From Candidatus Omnitrophota bacterium (GTDB lineage Bacteria > Omnitrophota > Gorgyraeia > Gygaellales > Profunditerraquicolaceae): 64,000 nucleotides of DNA. Within the stretch, counting starts at the first letter, position 1, and the number at the start of each line of letters is the position of its first letter. Below are positions 1-15,320 of this stretch, in pieces. The notes below the pieces were generated by a model. It worked only from the letters and a program-made list of their open reading frames with translations, was not told the origin of the DNA and searched no databases. The translations under genes were made by a program, and so were the position numbers. The stretch spans positions 65,084-129,083 of the forward strand of contig CAWDSS010000016.1 in assembly GCA_963805065.1 (NCBI GenBank), given 5' to 3'.

Positions 1-932
1 AACAGAGAAGTATCGTTAAGTCATTAGCAGCAGGAAGCATTGATATTGTAATAGGTACACACAGGCTTCTGTCGGATGACGTATCCTTTAAAGACTTGGG
101 ATTGGTAATAATCGACGAAGAGCAGCGTTTCGGGGTCAGGCATAAAGAAAAGTTAAAGAAGCTAAGGTTGTCAACCGACGTATTAACCTTGTCTGCAACC
201 CCCATACCCAGGACATTATACATGAGTTTAATGGGAGCAAGAGATATGTCGGTTATTAACACGCCGCCGCAAAATCGGTTGCCTATAAAGACTGTTGTGG
301 TAGAATATGATAACGACTTGGTAAGGCAGGCAGTGTTGCGGGAAGTAGGCAGAAAAGGCCAGGTTTTTTTCTTGCATAACCGCGTAGAAGACATAGAAAA
401 AGTCAGGGAAAAACTTGGCAGGATTTTGCCGCAGCATATCAGGCTTGATGTAGCGCATGGCTCAATGCATCCAAAGGCTTTGGAAAAAGTAATGTTTGAT
501 TTTTTAAGCGGGCAAATCGACTGCCTCCTATGCACAATGATTATAGAATCCGGGATAGATATACCTAATGCAAATACTATTATTGTAAATAATGCCCATA
601 GGTTTGGATTATCTGATTTGCATCAATTGCGGGGCAGGGTAGGCAGGTTTGACCGGCCTGCTTATGCCTACTTAATGATTCCCAGGGACGAAGTATTGGA
701 TAGCGATGCCAGAAAACGGCTTAATGCGATTCAACGATACACCCAGCTTGGTTCGGGTTTTGATATTGCAATGGAGGACCTGGAGATGAGAGGAGCCGGT
801 AACCTGTTGGGTATAGAGCAGCACGGTTTTATTGCTGCGTTAGGTTTCGATTTATATTGCCGGCTGTTACGAGAAGCAGTGGGTAACCTTAGAAAGGTAA
901 TGACAAATGAAAAAACTCAAATGTCAAAATAA
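1..932 (+). CDS. mfd: Transcription-repair coupling factor Mfd, 3' part (5' end outside the window)
   Basis: Open from nt 3 in the frame of ORF 96..932. Motifs: GTHRLLSDDVSFKDLGLVIIDEEQRFGV, SATPIPRT, QLRGRVGR, GFDLYCRLLREAV. TAA at 930-932. Confidence 0.9.
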   Translation, partial: QRSIVKSLAAGSIDIVIGTHRLLSDDVSFKDLGLVIIDEEQRFGVRHKEKLKKLRLSTDVLTLSATPIPRTLYMSLMGARDMSVINTPPQNRLPIKTVVVEYDNDLVRQAVLREVGRKGQVFFLHNRVEDIEKVREKLGRILPQHIRLDVAHGSMHPKALEKVMFDFLSGQIDCLLCTMIIESGIDIPNANTIIVNNAHRFGLSDLHQLRGRVGRFDRPAYAYLMIPRDEVLDSDARKRLNAIQRYTQLGSGFDIAMEDLEMRGAGNLLGIEQHGFIAALGFDLYCRLLREAVGNLRKVMTNEKTQMSK

Positions 933-1896
933 ATTAAAAGAAAAGGGGACGTTTCTATTTTTACCGTTTATTAATCAGCTTAAAAATAGAAACGTCCCCT
1001 TTATTTTATTATTTTGGATTTCCTGCTTTGGTATTTGTGATTTATGTTTTGCCCAGGACAAAATTGTAGCTATAGTAAACAACGAGATAATTACCCAAAG
1101 GGACTTAAGCGATTTTGTCAATTTTATGAGAATGCGCATGCTAGAAAGAAACAACGAGGCAGCAATAGAGAATAAAATCAAAACTCTAAAAACAGATTTA
1201 TTAGATAGGTTAATCGAAGACCGCCTCATCCTGCAGGAGGCAAAAAAGAGTAATCTAGCGCTTGACGAAAGCAAGGTAAAATCAAGGATAAATGAAATAA
1301 AACAGAAATACTCTTCAGAAACAGAATTCCAGGGTGCCTTAAGAAAACAAGGGCTTGTGCAGGCGGATCTTGAAACGAAAATCAGGGAACAGATGCTGAT
1401 ATATAATATAATTGATCAAAAAATCCGCAAGAAAGTCGTAGTTAGGCCGGATGAAGTCACCAACTTTTACAACAAAAACAGGAAAGAATTTGTCACGCCT
1501 AAAGAGCGGGACCTTGAAGTCATGCTGTTAGAAAACCAGGACCTGGCAAACAGTCTTTGTTTTGCTCTAAAGAGTGGCCAAAGATTGGAGGACCTGGCTA
1601 CAAGGTACCCTTTTAAGCTGGATAAAATACACGTAAGCAGGCTGGATGAATTAAAAAAAGAAATTGCCGATGTCGTCTTTAAAATTGGTGTCTCGGATGT
1701 GGCCGGGCCCATAAGCGTCGACGGAAAATATTATGTCTTTAAATTGGATTATATAGCTCCTGAAAAGCAACTGCCTTTGTCAGAGGTCCAGGATAAAATC
1801 CACAACTTTATTTTTGAAAGTAAAATGCAGGAAGAGTTGGTTAAATGGTTAGATGAACTCAAAAAACAATCCTACATTAAAATCACGCAAAGTTAA
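907..1896 (+). CDS. surA: SurA-like periplasmic chaperone (SurA N-terminal-type domain)
   Basis: QDKIVAIVNNEIITQRDL...LIEDRLILQEAKK pattern. Signal-like segment FILLFWISCFGICDLCFA. Conserved surA-pdxA-rsmA order. Start uncertain: the first ~31 codons are the translated terminator hairpin, so the start could be ATG 907 or ATT 970. Confidence 0.65.
   Translation: MKKLKCQNKLKEKGTFLFLPFINQLKNRNVPFILLFWISCFGICDLCFAQDKIVAIVNNEIITQRDLSDFVNFMRMRMLERNNEAAIENKIKTLKTDLLDRLIEDRLILQEAKKSNLALDESKVKSRINEIKQKYSSETEFQGALRKQGLVQADLETKIREQMLIYNIIDQKIRKKVVVRPDEVTNFYNKNRKEFVTPKERDLEVMLLENQDLANSLCFALKSGQRLEDLATRYPFKLDKIHVSRLDELKKEIADVVFKIGVSDVAGPISVDGKYYVFKLDYIAPEKQLPLSEVQDKIHNFIFESKMQEELVKWLDELKKQSYIKITQS
945..999 (+). 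terminator. Intrinsic-terminator-like hairpin, copy 1 of a repeated element (copy 2 at 34103-34154)
   Basis: Perfect 18-bp stem: GGGGACGTTTCTATTTTT (945-962) pairs with AAAAATAGAAACGTCCCC (982-999). 19-nt loop, then TTTATTTTATTATTTT. Starts 13 nt after the mfd stop. Confidence 0.7.
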
Positions 1897-2836
1897 AGTC
1901 GGTATTACCATTGGGGATCCTTCCGGTATAGGGCCTGCCGTAACTTTAAAAGCACTTCATAAACTGAAGGGACAAGTAGACGCTACAGTTATAGGGGATA
2001 GGTGGGTCCTTTCTAGGTTCTTGGTTCTAGGTTCTAGGTTCTTGGTTAACAATATAATAGACCTTAACAACGTAGCGCATAAAACATTTTCTTTCGGTAA
2101 AATAAAGGCTGAATATGGGAAAGCTTCAATTGAATACCTAAAAAAGGCCCTGGAAATGTTAAAAAACAAAGAAATTGACTGTCTTGTAACAGCGCCGATC
2201 TCCAAGGAAGCAATAAATAAGGCGGGGTTTAAATATTCAGGCCACACCGAGTTTCTCTCAAGTCAAACTCATACTGCAAGGCCTGTGATGATGCTATTGA
2301 ATAAGCAACTTAAATTTAGCCTGGTGACCAGGCATATCGCGTTAAAGGACGTTTCAATGCAATTAAGCGCAGATACTCTAGAAAACACTATAATCTCAAC
2401 CGATCAGGCGCTAAGGAAGCTTTTTAACATTATTAATCCTAGGATAGTTGTATGTGGTTTAAATCCCCATGCCTCTGATAACGGGCTTATGGGAATTGAA
2501 GAGGCTAGCATTATAAAACCCGCAGTAATCAAATTAAAAACCAGGATTAAAGGTTTAAGCGGCCCGATTTCTGCAGATGTGGCAATTTCAAAAGCTGCTG
2601 GAAAAGAATATGATTGCGTAATCGCAATTTTTCATGACCAGGCTTTGATACCTTTAAAATTGACCGGCAAGAATAGCGGCGTAAATATTACCTTAGGTCT
2701 TCCTTTTGTGAGAACCTCTCCATTACACGGGACAGCCTTTGATATTGCGGATAATCCGAAGTTAATTAGCCCGGATTCCATGGTAGAGGCTATTAAACTT
2801 GCCATACAATGCACATCAAACCTAAAAAAAGCTTAG
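1853..2836 (+). CDS. pdxA: 4-hydroxythreonine-4-phosphate dehydrogenase
   Basis: KVGITIGDPSGIGP, SGHTEFL, CGLNPHA, HDQALIPLK, NITLGLPFVRTSPLHGTAFDIA. Start may lie a few codons downstream of 1853. Confidence 0.85.
   Translation: MNSKNNPTLKSRKVKVGITIGDPSGIGPAVTLKALHKLKGQVDATVIGDRWVLSRFLVLGSRFLVNNIIDLNNVAHKTFSFGKIKAEYGKASIEYLKKALEMLKNKEIDCLVTAPISKEAINKAGFKYSGHTEFLSSQTHTARPVMMLLNKQLKFSLVTRHIALKDVSMQLSADTLENTIISTDQALRKLFNIINPRIVVCGLNPHASDNGLMGIEEASIIKPAVIKLKTRIKGLSGPISADVAISKAAGKEYDCVIAIFHDQALIPLKLTGKNSGVNITLGLPFVRTSPLHGTAFDIADNPKLISPDSMVEAIKLAIQCTSNLKKA
2011..2045 (+). repeat. Five tandem heptamers (TTCTAGG/TTCTTGG) inside the pdxA ORF
   Basis: The sequence ttctagg ttcttgg ttctagg ttctagg ttcttgg, read directly; it encodes SRFLVLGSRFLV. 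Confidence 0.85.
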
Positions 2837-3582
2837 GGCAGAATTTTCTCATTGATGCCAACATAAGGCGTAAGATAGTCGAATCACTCGCCTTAACAGC
2901 CCAAGACGTAATACTTGAAATAGGCGCCGGTAAAGGAGAGATGACCGCTTTGATTGCAAAGCGGGTAAAAAAAGTATACGCGCTTGAAATAGACAAAAAC
3001 TTATGCTACGAGCTTAATCAATCCTTAAGCGGGCATTCGAATATTGAAATATTAAACCAGGATATATTAAAGTTCAATATAGGGGCTTTGGGTAAAAGAA
3101 TAAAAGTTTTTGGGAACATCCCGTATTATATATCAAGCCCGATTATCGAGCATCTACTTAAGTTTAAAACAACAATTTCCAGCATATTTATAACCGTGCA
3201 AAAAGAGTTTGCAAGAAGAGCTGTATCTGGCGGCGGCTCAAAGGAGTTTGGCGCCTTAAGCTGCTTCGTGCAATTTTATAGTAAACCTGCGATAATTTTC
3301 CCAATTTCCAGAAACTCATTTTTCCCCGTGCCGAAAGTGGATTCTGCTTTATTAAGGATGGATATAATAAAACCTCTCTTGACAACCAAGCAGCAAGAAG
3401 CAAGGTTTTTCCGGATAGTAAGGGCTGTTTTTAATCAGAGAAGAAAAACCCTAAGAAACAGCTTAGAGGGGGTAGTGGCTCCTGGAAGGCTGAATCAATT
3501 TTTTAGCACCTTTAAAATAGATAAAGATATCCGGCCGGAAAAACTTTCCTTCCGGGATTTTCTCAACCTGTCAAAAACCTAA
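2809..3582 (+). CDS. rsmA: 16S rRNA (adenine1518/1519-N6)-dimethyltransferase
   Basis: KKSLGQNFLID, LEIGAGKGEMT, FGNIPYYISSPI, FNQRRKTL. Confidence 0.9.
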   Translation: MHIKPKKSLGQNFLIDANIRRKIVESLALTAQDVILEIGAGKGEMTALIAKRVKKVYALEIDKNLCYELNQSLSGHSNIEILNQDILKFNIGALGKRIKVFGNIPYYISSPIIEHLLKFKTTISSIFITVQKEFARRAVSGGGSKEFGALSCFVQFYSKPAIIFPISRNSFFPVPKVDSALLRMDIIKPLLTTKQQEARFFRIVRAVFNQRRKTLRNSLEGVVAPGRLNQFFSTFKIDKDIRPEKLSFRDFLNLSKT

Positions 3583-3590
3583 AAAAAGAC

Positions 3591-3619
3591 TTGACAAAAT
3601 CATAATTGTAGTATATATT
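3591..3619 (+). promoter_or_regulatory. Sigma70-like promoter
   Basis: TTGACA (3591-3596), 17-nt spacer, TATATT (3614-3619). Lies upstream of tRNA-Thr and rpmG. Confidence 0.45.
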
Positions 3620-3763
3620 TAAATGCTTACATAATTCCCAAGTATAATATTTTCAACGAGATTCAATCTTAGTTTAAAAAAGTTAAAAAGAATTTTACAA
3701 AAATTCTTGTGTGGAGATTTTTTTTATTTAGCTGTAGTTGGCCGACTTAGGCTATTTTCTTAT

Positions 3764-3836
3764 GCTGGAGTAGCTCAGTTGGCAGAGCACGTCCTTGGTA
3801 AGGACGGGGTCACGAGTTCAATTCTCGTCTCCAGCT
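3764..3836 (+). tRNA. tRNA-Thr (anticodon GGT)
   Basis: Hand-folded cloverleaf: acceptor GCTGGAG/CTCCAGC, D arm GCTC-AGTTGGCA-GAGC, anticodon arm CGTCC-TTGGTAA-GGACG, T arm ACGAG-TTCAATT-CTCGT. 73 nt, no encoded CCA. Confidence 0.9.
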
Positions 3837-3880
3837 TAAGTGAGTGCTTAAGTTATGGATTAGTTCACATTCATTAAACA

Positions 3881-4030
3881 ATGCGCGAAATAATCACATT
3901 AGAGTGCACGGTTTGCAAAAATAGAAATTATACGACGACAAAGAATAAAAAAAAGCATCAGGACAGGTTGGAGATCAGTAAATTTTGCAGGTCCTGCCAT
4001 AAGCATACCCCGCATAAGGAGTCAAGTAAA
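3881..4030 (+). CDS. rpmG: 50S ribosomal protein L33 (zinc-type); the ORF as sequenced runs on to 4081 because the stop is lost
   Basis: [16 protein letters not shown]...[13 protein letters not shown]. The expected end is ...gag tca aag taa; the sequence reads gagtcaagtaaa (one A short), so the ORF continues into tRNA-Trp. Confidence 0.8.
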
Positions 4031-4066
4031 TTCAACATCTACTCACACTTAGATCGAATTATATAT

Positions 4067-4137
4067 AGGGGCGTCGGTTAATGGCAAACCAACGGTCTCC
4101 AAAACCGTGACTGCAGGTTCAAGTCCTGCCGCTCCTG
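4067..4137 (+). tRNA. tRNA-Trp (anticodon CCA)
   Basis: Acceptor AGGGGCG/CGCTCCT (one G-T pair), anticodon arm ACGGT-CTCCAAA-ACCGT, T arm GCAGG-TTCAAGT-CCTGC. Canonical position between rpmG and secE. Confidence 0.85.
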
Positions 4138-4173
4138 TAGTTTGTAAAAGGCAGTAGCGGATGAAGCAAGAGA

Positions 4174-4371
4174 ATGAGATATGAATATTATAGAAAACCG
4201 GTAAATTTTTTAAAAGAAGTAAGAGCGGAATTAGGAAAAGTTGCATGGTCAACGCGCCAGGAATTAATAGATGCTACGATCGTAGTCATCGTGGTTACGG
4301 CAATCATGGCGGTTTTTATCGGATTGATAGATATCCTGCTTTCCAAATTTTTAAGCGTGATGTTTAAATGA
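4174..4371 (+). CDS. secE: Preprotein translocase subunit SecE
   Basis: FLKEVRAELGKVAWSTRQEL followed by a single TM helix. Located between tRNA-Trp and nusG. Confidence 0.85.
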   Translation: MRYEYYRKPVNFLKEVRAELGKVAWSTRQELIDATIVVIVVTAIMAVFIGLIDILLSKFLSVMFK

Positions 4372-4897
4372 AAAATTGGTACGTGGTACATACTCAGACG
4401 GGCCTGGAAGATAAAGTCAAGGCTGCCCTTGAAAAAAGGATTGCCCAGGCCGGATTAAACGATTTGATTAGCAGTGTCGTTATCCCTACCGAACAGGTTT
4501 CCGAAATACGTTCGGGAAAGAAGAAAATATCCCAGAGAAAGTTTTTCCCCGGCTATTTACTCGTGGAAATGGAATTAATCGAGCAAACCTACCTTTTTGT
4601 TAAAACCGTCCCCGGCGTAACAGGTTTCATCGGCTTAGGCAAGAAAACCTATGCCCCTGCCCCAGAACGAAGTAGATAATATCCTAAAAAGAACAAAGGA
4701 AACCGCAGTAAAACCCAGCCCCAAAAGTAATTTTTGAAAAAGGCGAACAGGTAAGGGTTACAGAAGGCCCGTTTCTTAATTTTAACGGGACGATTGAGGA
4801 GATACATCCTGAAAAGGGCAAGGTCAAGGTTAGCGTTTCAATTTTCGGCAGGTCTACTCCCGTAGAGTTGGAATACTGGCAGGTGGAAAAAACTTAA
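4368..4897 (+). pseudogene. nusG: Transcription antiterminator NusG, interrupted by two +1 frameshifts (probably sequence indels)
   Basis: The NGN domain is in the frame of 4368. The continuation reads [26 protein letters not shown], then [56 protein letters not shown] in successive frames. There is an extra A in the A-runs at ~4644-4647 and ~4723-4726. Confidence 0.85.
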
Positions 4898-4903
4898 GAT
4901 AAA

Positions 4904-5329
4904 ATGGCAAAAAAAATTAACGCACAAATTAAATTACACGTTCCGGCAGCGCAGGCAAATCCCGCTCCTCCGGTAGGCCCGGCATTAGGCCAGCATGGCG
5001 TAAACATCATGCAGTTCTGCAAACAGTTTAATGATCAGACCAAGGGCAGGGACGGCTTGATCTTACCCGTAGTCATCAGTGTTTATGAAGACAGGACATT
5101 TACTTTTATAATTAAAAGCCCGCCTTCTTCGGTTCTTCTTAAGCGCGCGGCAAATTTAGCCAAGGCATCGGGGACAAGCGGAAAGGAAATAATCGGCAAA
5201 GTTACCAGGAAACAAGTCGAAGAGATCGCAAAGCTTAAGATGCAGGATCTAAATACTTCCGATATGGAAGAGGCAATTAAGATCATAGAGGGCACTGCCC
5301 GAAGCATGGGCATTGCCATAGAAGGTTAA
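4904..5329 (+). CDS. rplK: 50S ribosomal protein L11
   Basis: [30 protein letters not shown]; intact, 141 aa. Confidence 0.95.
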   Translation: MAKKINAQIKLHVPAAQANPAPPVGPALGQHGVNIMQFCKQFNDQTKGRDGLILPVVISVYEDRTFTFIIKSPPSSVLLKRAANLAKASGTSGKEIIGKVTRKQVEEIAKLKMQDLNTSDMEEAIKIIEGTARSMGIAIEG

Positions 5330-5335
5330 TAGATC

Positions 5336-6015
5336 ATGAAAACACAGAGTAAAAGATACAAGGAATCGGAAAAGCAGTTGGACAGGGATAAAACTTACCA
5401 GCTAAAAGAGGCAATACACTGCTTAAAAAAATGGCCTCCCCCAAGTTTGACGGTTCAGTGGATTTGCATTTTACCTTAACGTTGATACCAAGAAATCCGA
5501 CCAGATGGTGCGCGGGACAGTTGTCCTGCCGCACGGCACCGGTAAAAAAATCAGAGTGGCGGTTTTCTGCAAGGGAGAGCATGAAAAAGCAGCAAAAGAT
5601 GCACAGGCGGATTTCGTGGGTGCAATCGAATTAATAGACAAAGTTGCCGCCGGATTCCTGGATTTTGACTGTGCTATCGCTACTCCTGAAATGATGAAGG
5701 ATTTAAGCAAATTAGGCAAGATCTTAGGCCCGCAGCGGCCTCATGCCCAGCCCTAAGACAGGCACGGTTACAAATGATATCACGAAAGCCATCGAAGATG
5801 TAAAAAAAGGTAAGGTTGAATTCCGCGTGGATAAACAGGGCGGTGTTCATTTAGCAGTAGGCAAAATTTCTTTTAGCGAAGATAAATTGTATGATAATGC
5901 CTCAAGTGTAATCGAGGCATTGAATGAAGCAAAGCCGGCATCGGTAAAAGGAAAATTTATCCGTAGCCTTTATATTTCAGCTTCTATGAATCCGGGATTA
6001 AAACTATCTGTTTAA
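5336..6015 (+). pseudogene. rplA: 50S ribosomal protein L1, three frameshifts
   Basis: The segments MKTQSKRYKE..., [38 protein letters not shown]... and [14 protein letters not shown]... lie in different frames. The shifts are near 5425-5431 (A7 run), ~5476-5480 and ~5728-5740. Confidence 0.85.
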
Positions 6016-6016
6016 T

Positions 6017-6548
6017 ATGGAAAAAAAGCTAGGTTTATTAATTAAGGAAATTTCAGAGACGCGCATTAAAAGTTCGTTAAAACAGTCAAACGCTGTATTC
6101 ATTATCAAGTACTCAGGATTATCAAGCCCCAGACATTAGTACCTTGAGAAAGAATTTAAGGGTTGCAAACGCAACATTATTAGTAGTAAAGAATAGCGTT
6201 GCCAGGCGCGCCTTAAAGAATCGGGCCTGGATGTATTAATTCCTACTGTTGAAGGGCCTTGCGGTTTGGTATTTGCCAAAGAAGAGCCGGTTGGCGTTTC
6301 AAAAGTTTTGTTCAATTTCACAAAAGAACACGAGAATTTAAAATTAGACGGCGGTTTCTTGCAGGATAAACTGCTTGAGAAGAAAGATATCGAGACCTTA
6401 GCTAAACTTCCTTCGAAGCATGCCTTAAGGACTCAGGTAGTAGTGGTATTGAATTCGCCTATTTCGGGATTAGTAATTGCGCTTAATCAGATATTGTCAA
6501 AAATTTGTTTATTGTTTAGACCAGATAAAACAAAAAAAGACAAGTTAA
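6017..6548 (+). pseudogene. rplJ: 50S ribosomal protein L10, three frameshifts; the last one removes its stop and fuses it to rplL
   Basis: MEKKLGLLIKEISETRIK..., then [28 protein letters not shown], then [24 protein letters not shown]... Shifts are near 6128-6131, 6215-6217 and 6499-6503. The restored frame ends at TAA 6546-6548, just before the AAGGAGG of rplL. Confidence 0.8.
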
Positions 6549-6562
6549 AAGGAGGAAGTAAA

Positions 6563-6946
6563 ATGGCAACCGCAAAAATGGACGAATTGATTAAGTCAAT
6601 AGAGGGCATGACCGTATTAGAGCTCTCGGATTTAGTCAAGGCACTGGAAGAGAAGTTCGGTGTCAAGGCAAATATGCCGATGATGGCAATGCCCGCAGGC
6701 GCAGCAGCAGGCGCAGCTCCCGCAGCCGAAGAAAAAACTACTTTCACAGTAGTATTAGCAAGCGCAGGGGCAAATAAAATAGCCGTAATCAAGGAAGTCA
6801 GGACCATGACGAGCTTGGGCTTAAAAGAAGCCAAGGACCTGGTTGACGCAGCTCCCAAGCCGGTAAAAGAAGGCGTAGCAAAAGAAGAAGCCGAAGAAAT
6901 GAAGAAGAAACTTGAAGCAGCCGGCGCAACAGTTGAATTAAAATAA
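6563..6946 (+). CDS. rplL: 50S ribosomal protein L7/L12
   Basis: [34 protein letters not shown]...[10 protein letters not shown]...[19 protein letters not shown] at 6551-6555. Confidence 0.95.
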   Translation: MATAKMDELIKSIEGMTVLELSDLVKALEEKFGVKANMPMMAMPAGAAAGAAPAAEEKTTFTVVLASAGANKIAVIKEVRTMTSLGLKEAKDLVDAAPKPVKEGVAKEEAEEMKKKLEAAGATVELK

Positions 6947-6948
6947 AC

Positions 6949-6979
6949 CATAACTCGTAACTCGCTAACTGGTAACTCA
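6949..6979 (+). repeat. Four NNTAACT heptamer-type repeats in the rplL-rpoB spacer
   Basis: TAACT at 6951, 6958, 6966 and 6973 (spacing 7, 8, 7). Confidence 0.7.
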
Positions 6980-6986
6980 TAAAAAA

Positions 6987-14470
<7,484 letters not shown>

Positions 14471-14471
14471 T

Positions 14472-14843
14472 ATGCCCACGATTGCTCAATTAATCAGATT
14501 CGGTAGGATATCCAAAAAGAAGAAAACAAAATCACCGGCTTTAAAGGGCTGCCCGCAGAGAAGAGGAGTCTGCCTTCAGGTGCGTACCATGACTCCCAAA
14601 AAACCCAACTCTGCATTAAGAAAAATTGCCAGGGTGAGGCTCACGACGGGCATCGAAGTTACTGCTTATATACCGGGAGAAGGCCATAACCTGCAGGAGC
14701 ATTCCATAGTCCTGGTCAGGGGCGGGCGCGTAAAAGATTTACCCGGAGTAAGGTATCATATCGTAAGAGGAACACTGGATGCTGCAGGAGTGAATCAGCG
14801 TAAGAAATCCCGCTCAAAATATGGAGCAAAGAGACCTAATAAT
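14472..14843 (+). CDS. rpsL: 30S ribosomal protein S12; the ORF as sequenced reads on to 14900 (stop lost)
   Basis: MPTIAQLIR...[10 protein letters not shown]...[19 protein letters not shown]...KYGAKRP. The expected end is cct aaa taa; the sequence reads cctaataatag (one A short). Confidence 0.85.
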
Positions 14844-14847
14844 AGAC

Positions 14848-15318
14848 ATGAGACGAAGAAAAGCGCAAGAAAAAGTAGTTTTAGCCGACCCGAAATTTAA
14901 CAGCAAGATCGTAGCAAAGTTCATCAACATGGTAATGCTTGAAGGAAAAAAATCCATGGCGGAAAAGATGGTTTACGGCGCCTTTGAAATTGTAAAGAAG
15001 CAGTTGAATGAGCCGGACATAATAAAAATATTCCATAAGGCATTGGATAACGCCCGGCCGAGGCTGGAAGTAAAACCCCGCCGCGTGGGTGGCGCAACGT
15101 ATCAGGTGCCAATAGAAGTCAGGCAGGAACGAGGCACTTCTATAGCTTTACGCTGGATAAGGGATTTTGCCAAAGCGAAAAAAGGCAAGTCCATGAAGGA
15201 AAAACTTGCCGATGAGATTATGGCAGCCTACAAAGGCGAAGGCTCGGCAATTAAGAAAAGAGACGATACGCATAAGATGGCTGAGTCAAATAAAGCCTTT
15301 GCTCATTTCAGATGGTAA
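14848..15318 (+). CDS. rpsG: 30S ribosomal protein S7
   Basis: [36 protein letters not shown]...[11 protein letters not shown]...HFRW. Confidence 0.9.
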   Translation: MRRRKAQEKVVLADPKFNSKIVAKFINMVMLEGKKSMAEKMVYGAFEIVKKQLNEPDIIKIFHKALDNARPRLEVKPRRVGGATYQVPIEVRQERGTSIALRWIRDFAKAKKGKSMKEKLADEIMAAYKGEGSAIKKRDDTHKMAESNKAFAHFRW

Positions 15319-15320
15319 AC

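Noticed and set aside
3620-3763. A possible small RNA between the 3591 promoter and tRNA-Thr, including the perfect hairpin AAGAATTTT-ACA-AAAATTCTT followed by a T8 run.
   Set aside because: The region is extremely AT-rich, so such pairings arise easily. The hairpin and the T-run are 9 nt apart. The promoter may simply drive the tRNA-rpmG transcript. The support is not enough to call a feature.
6487-6951. Long antisense ORFs opposite real genes. Examples: 6487..6951, 9239..9889, 8441..8851, 12626..12973, 13549..13986, 35990..36559, 40603..41091, 49132..49623, 62463..62828 and 62782..63171, all on the minus strand.
   Set aside because: Each lies entirely opposite a strongly recognisable + strand gene, has low-complexity or unrecognisable sequence, and lacks a plausible SD or promoter. 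They are mirror-frame artefacts.
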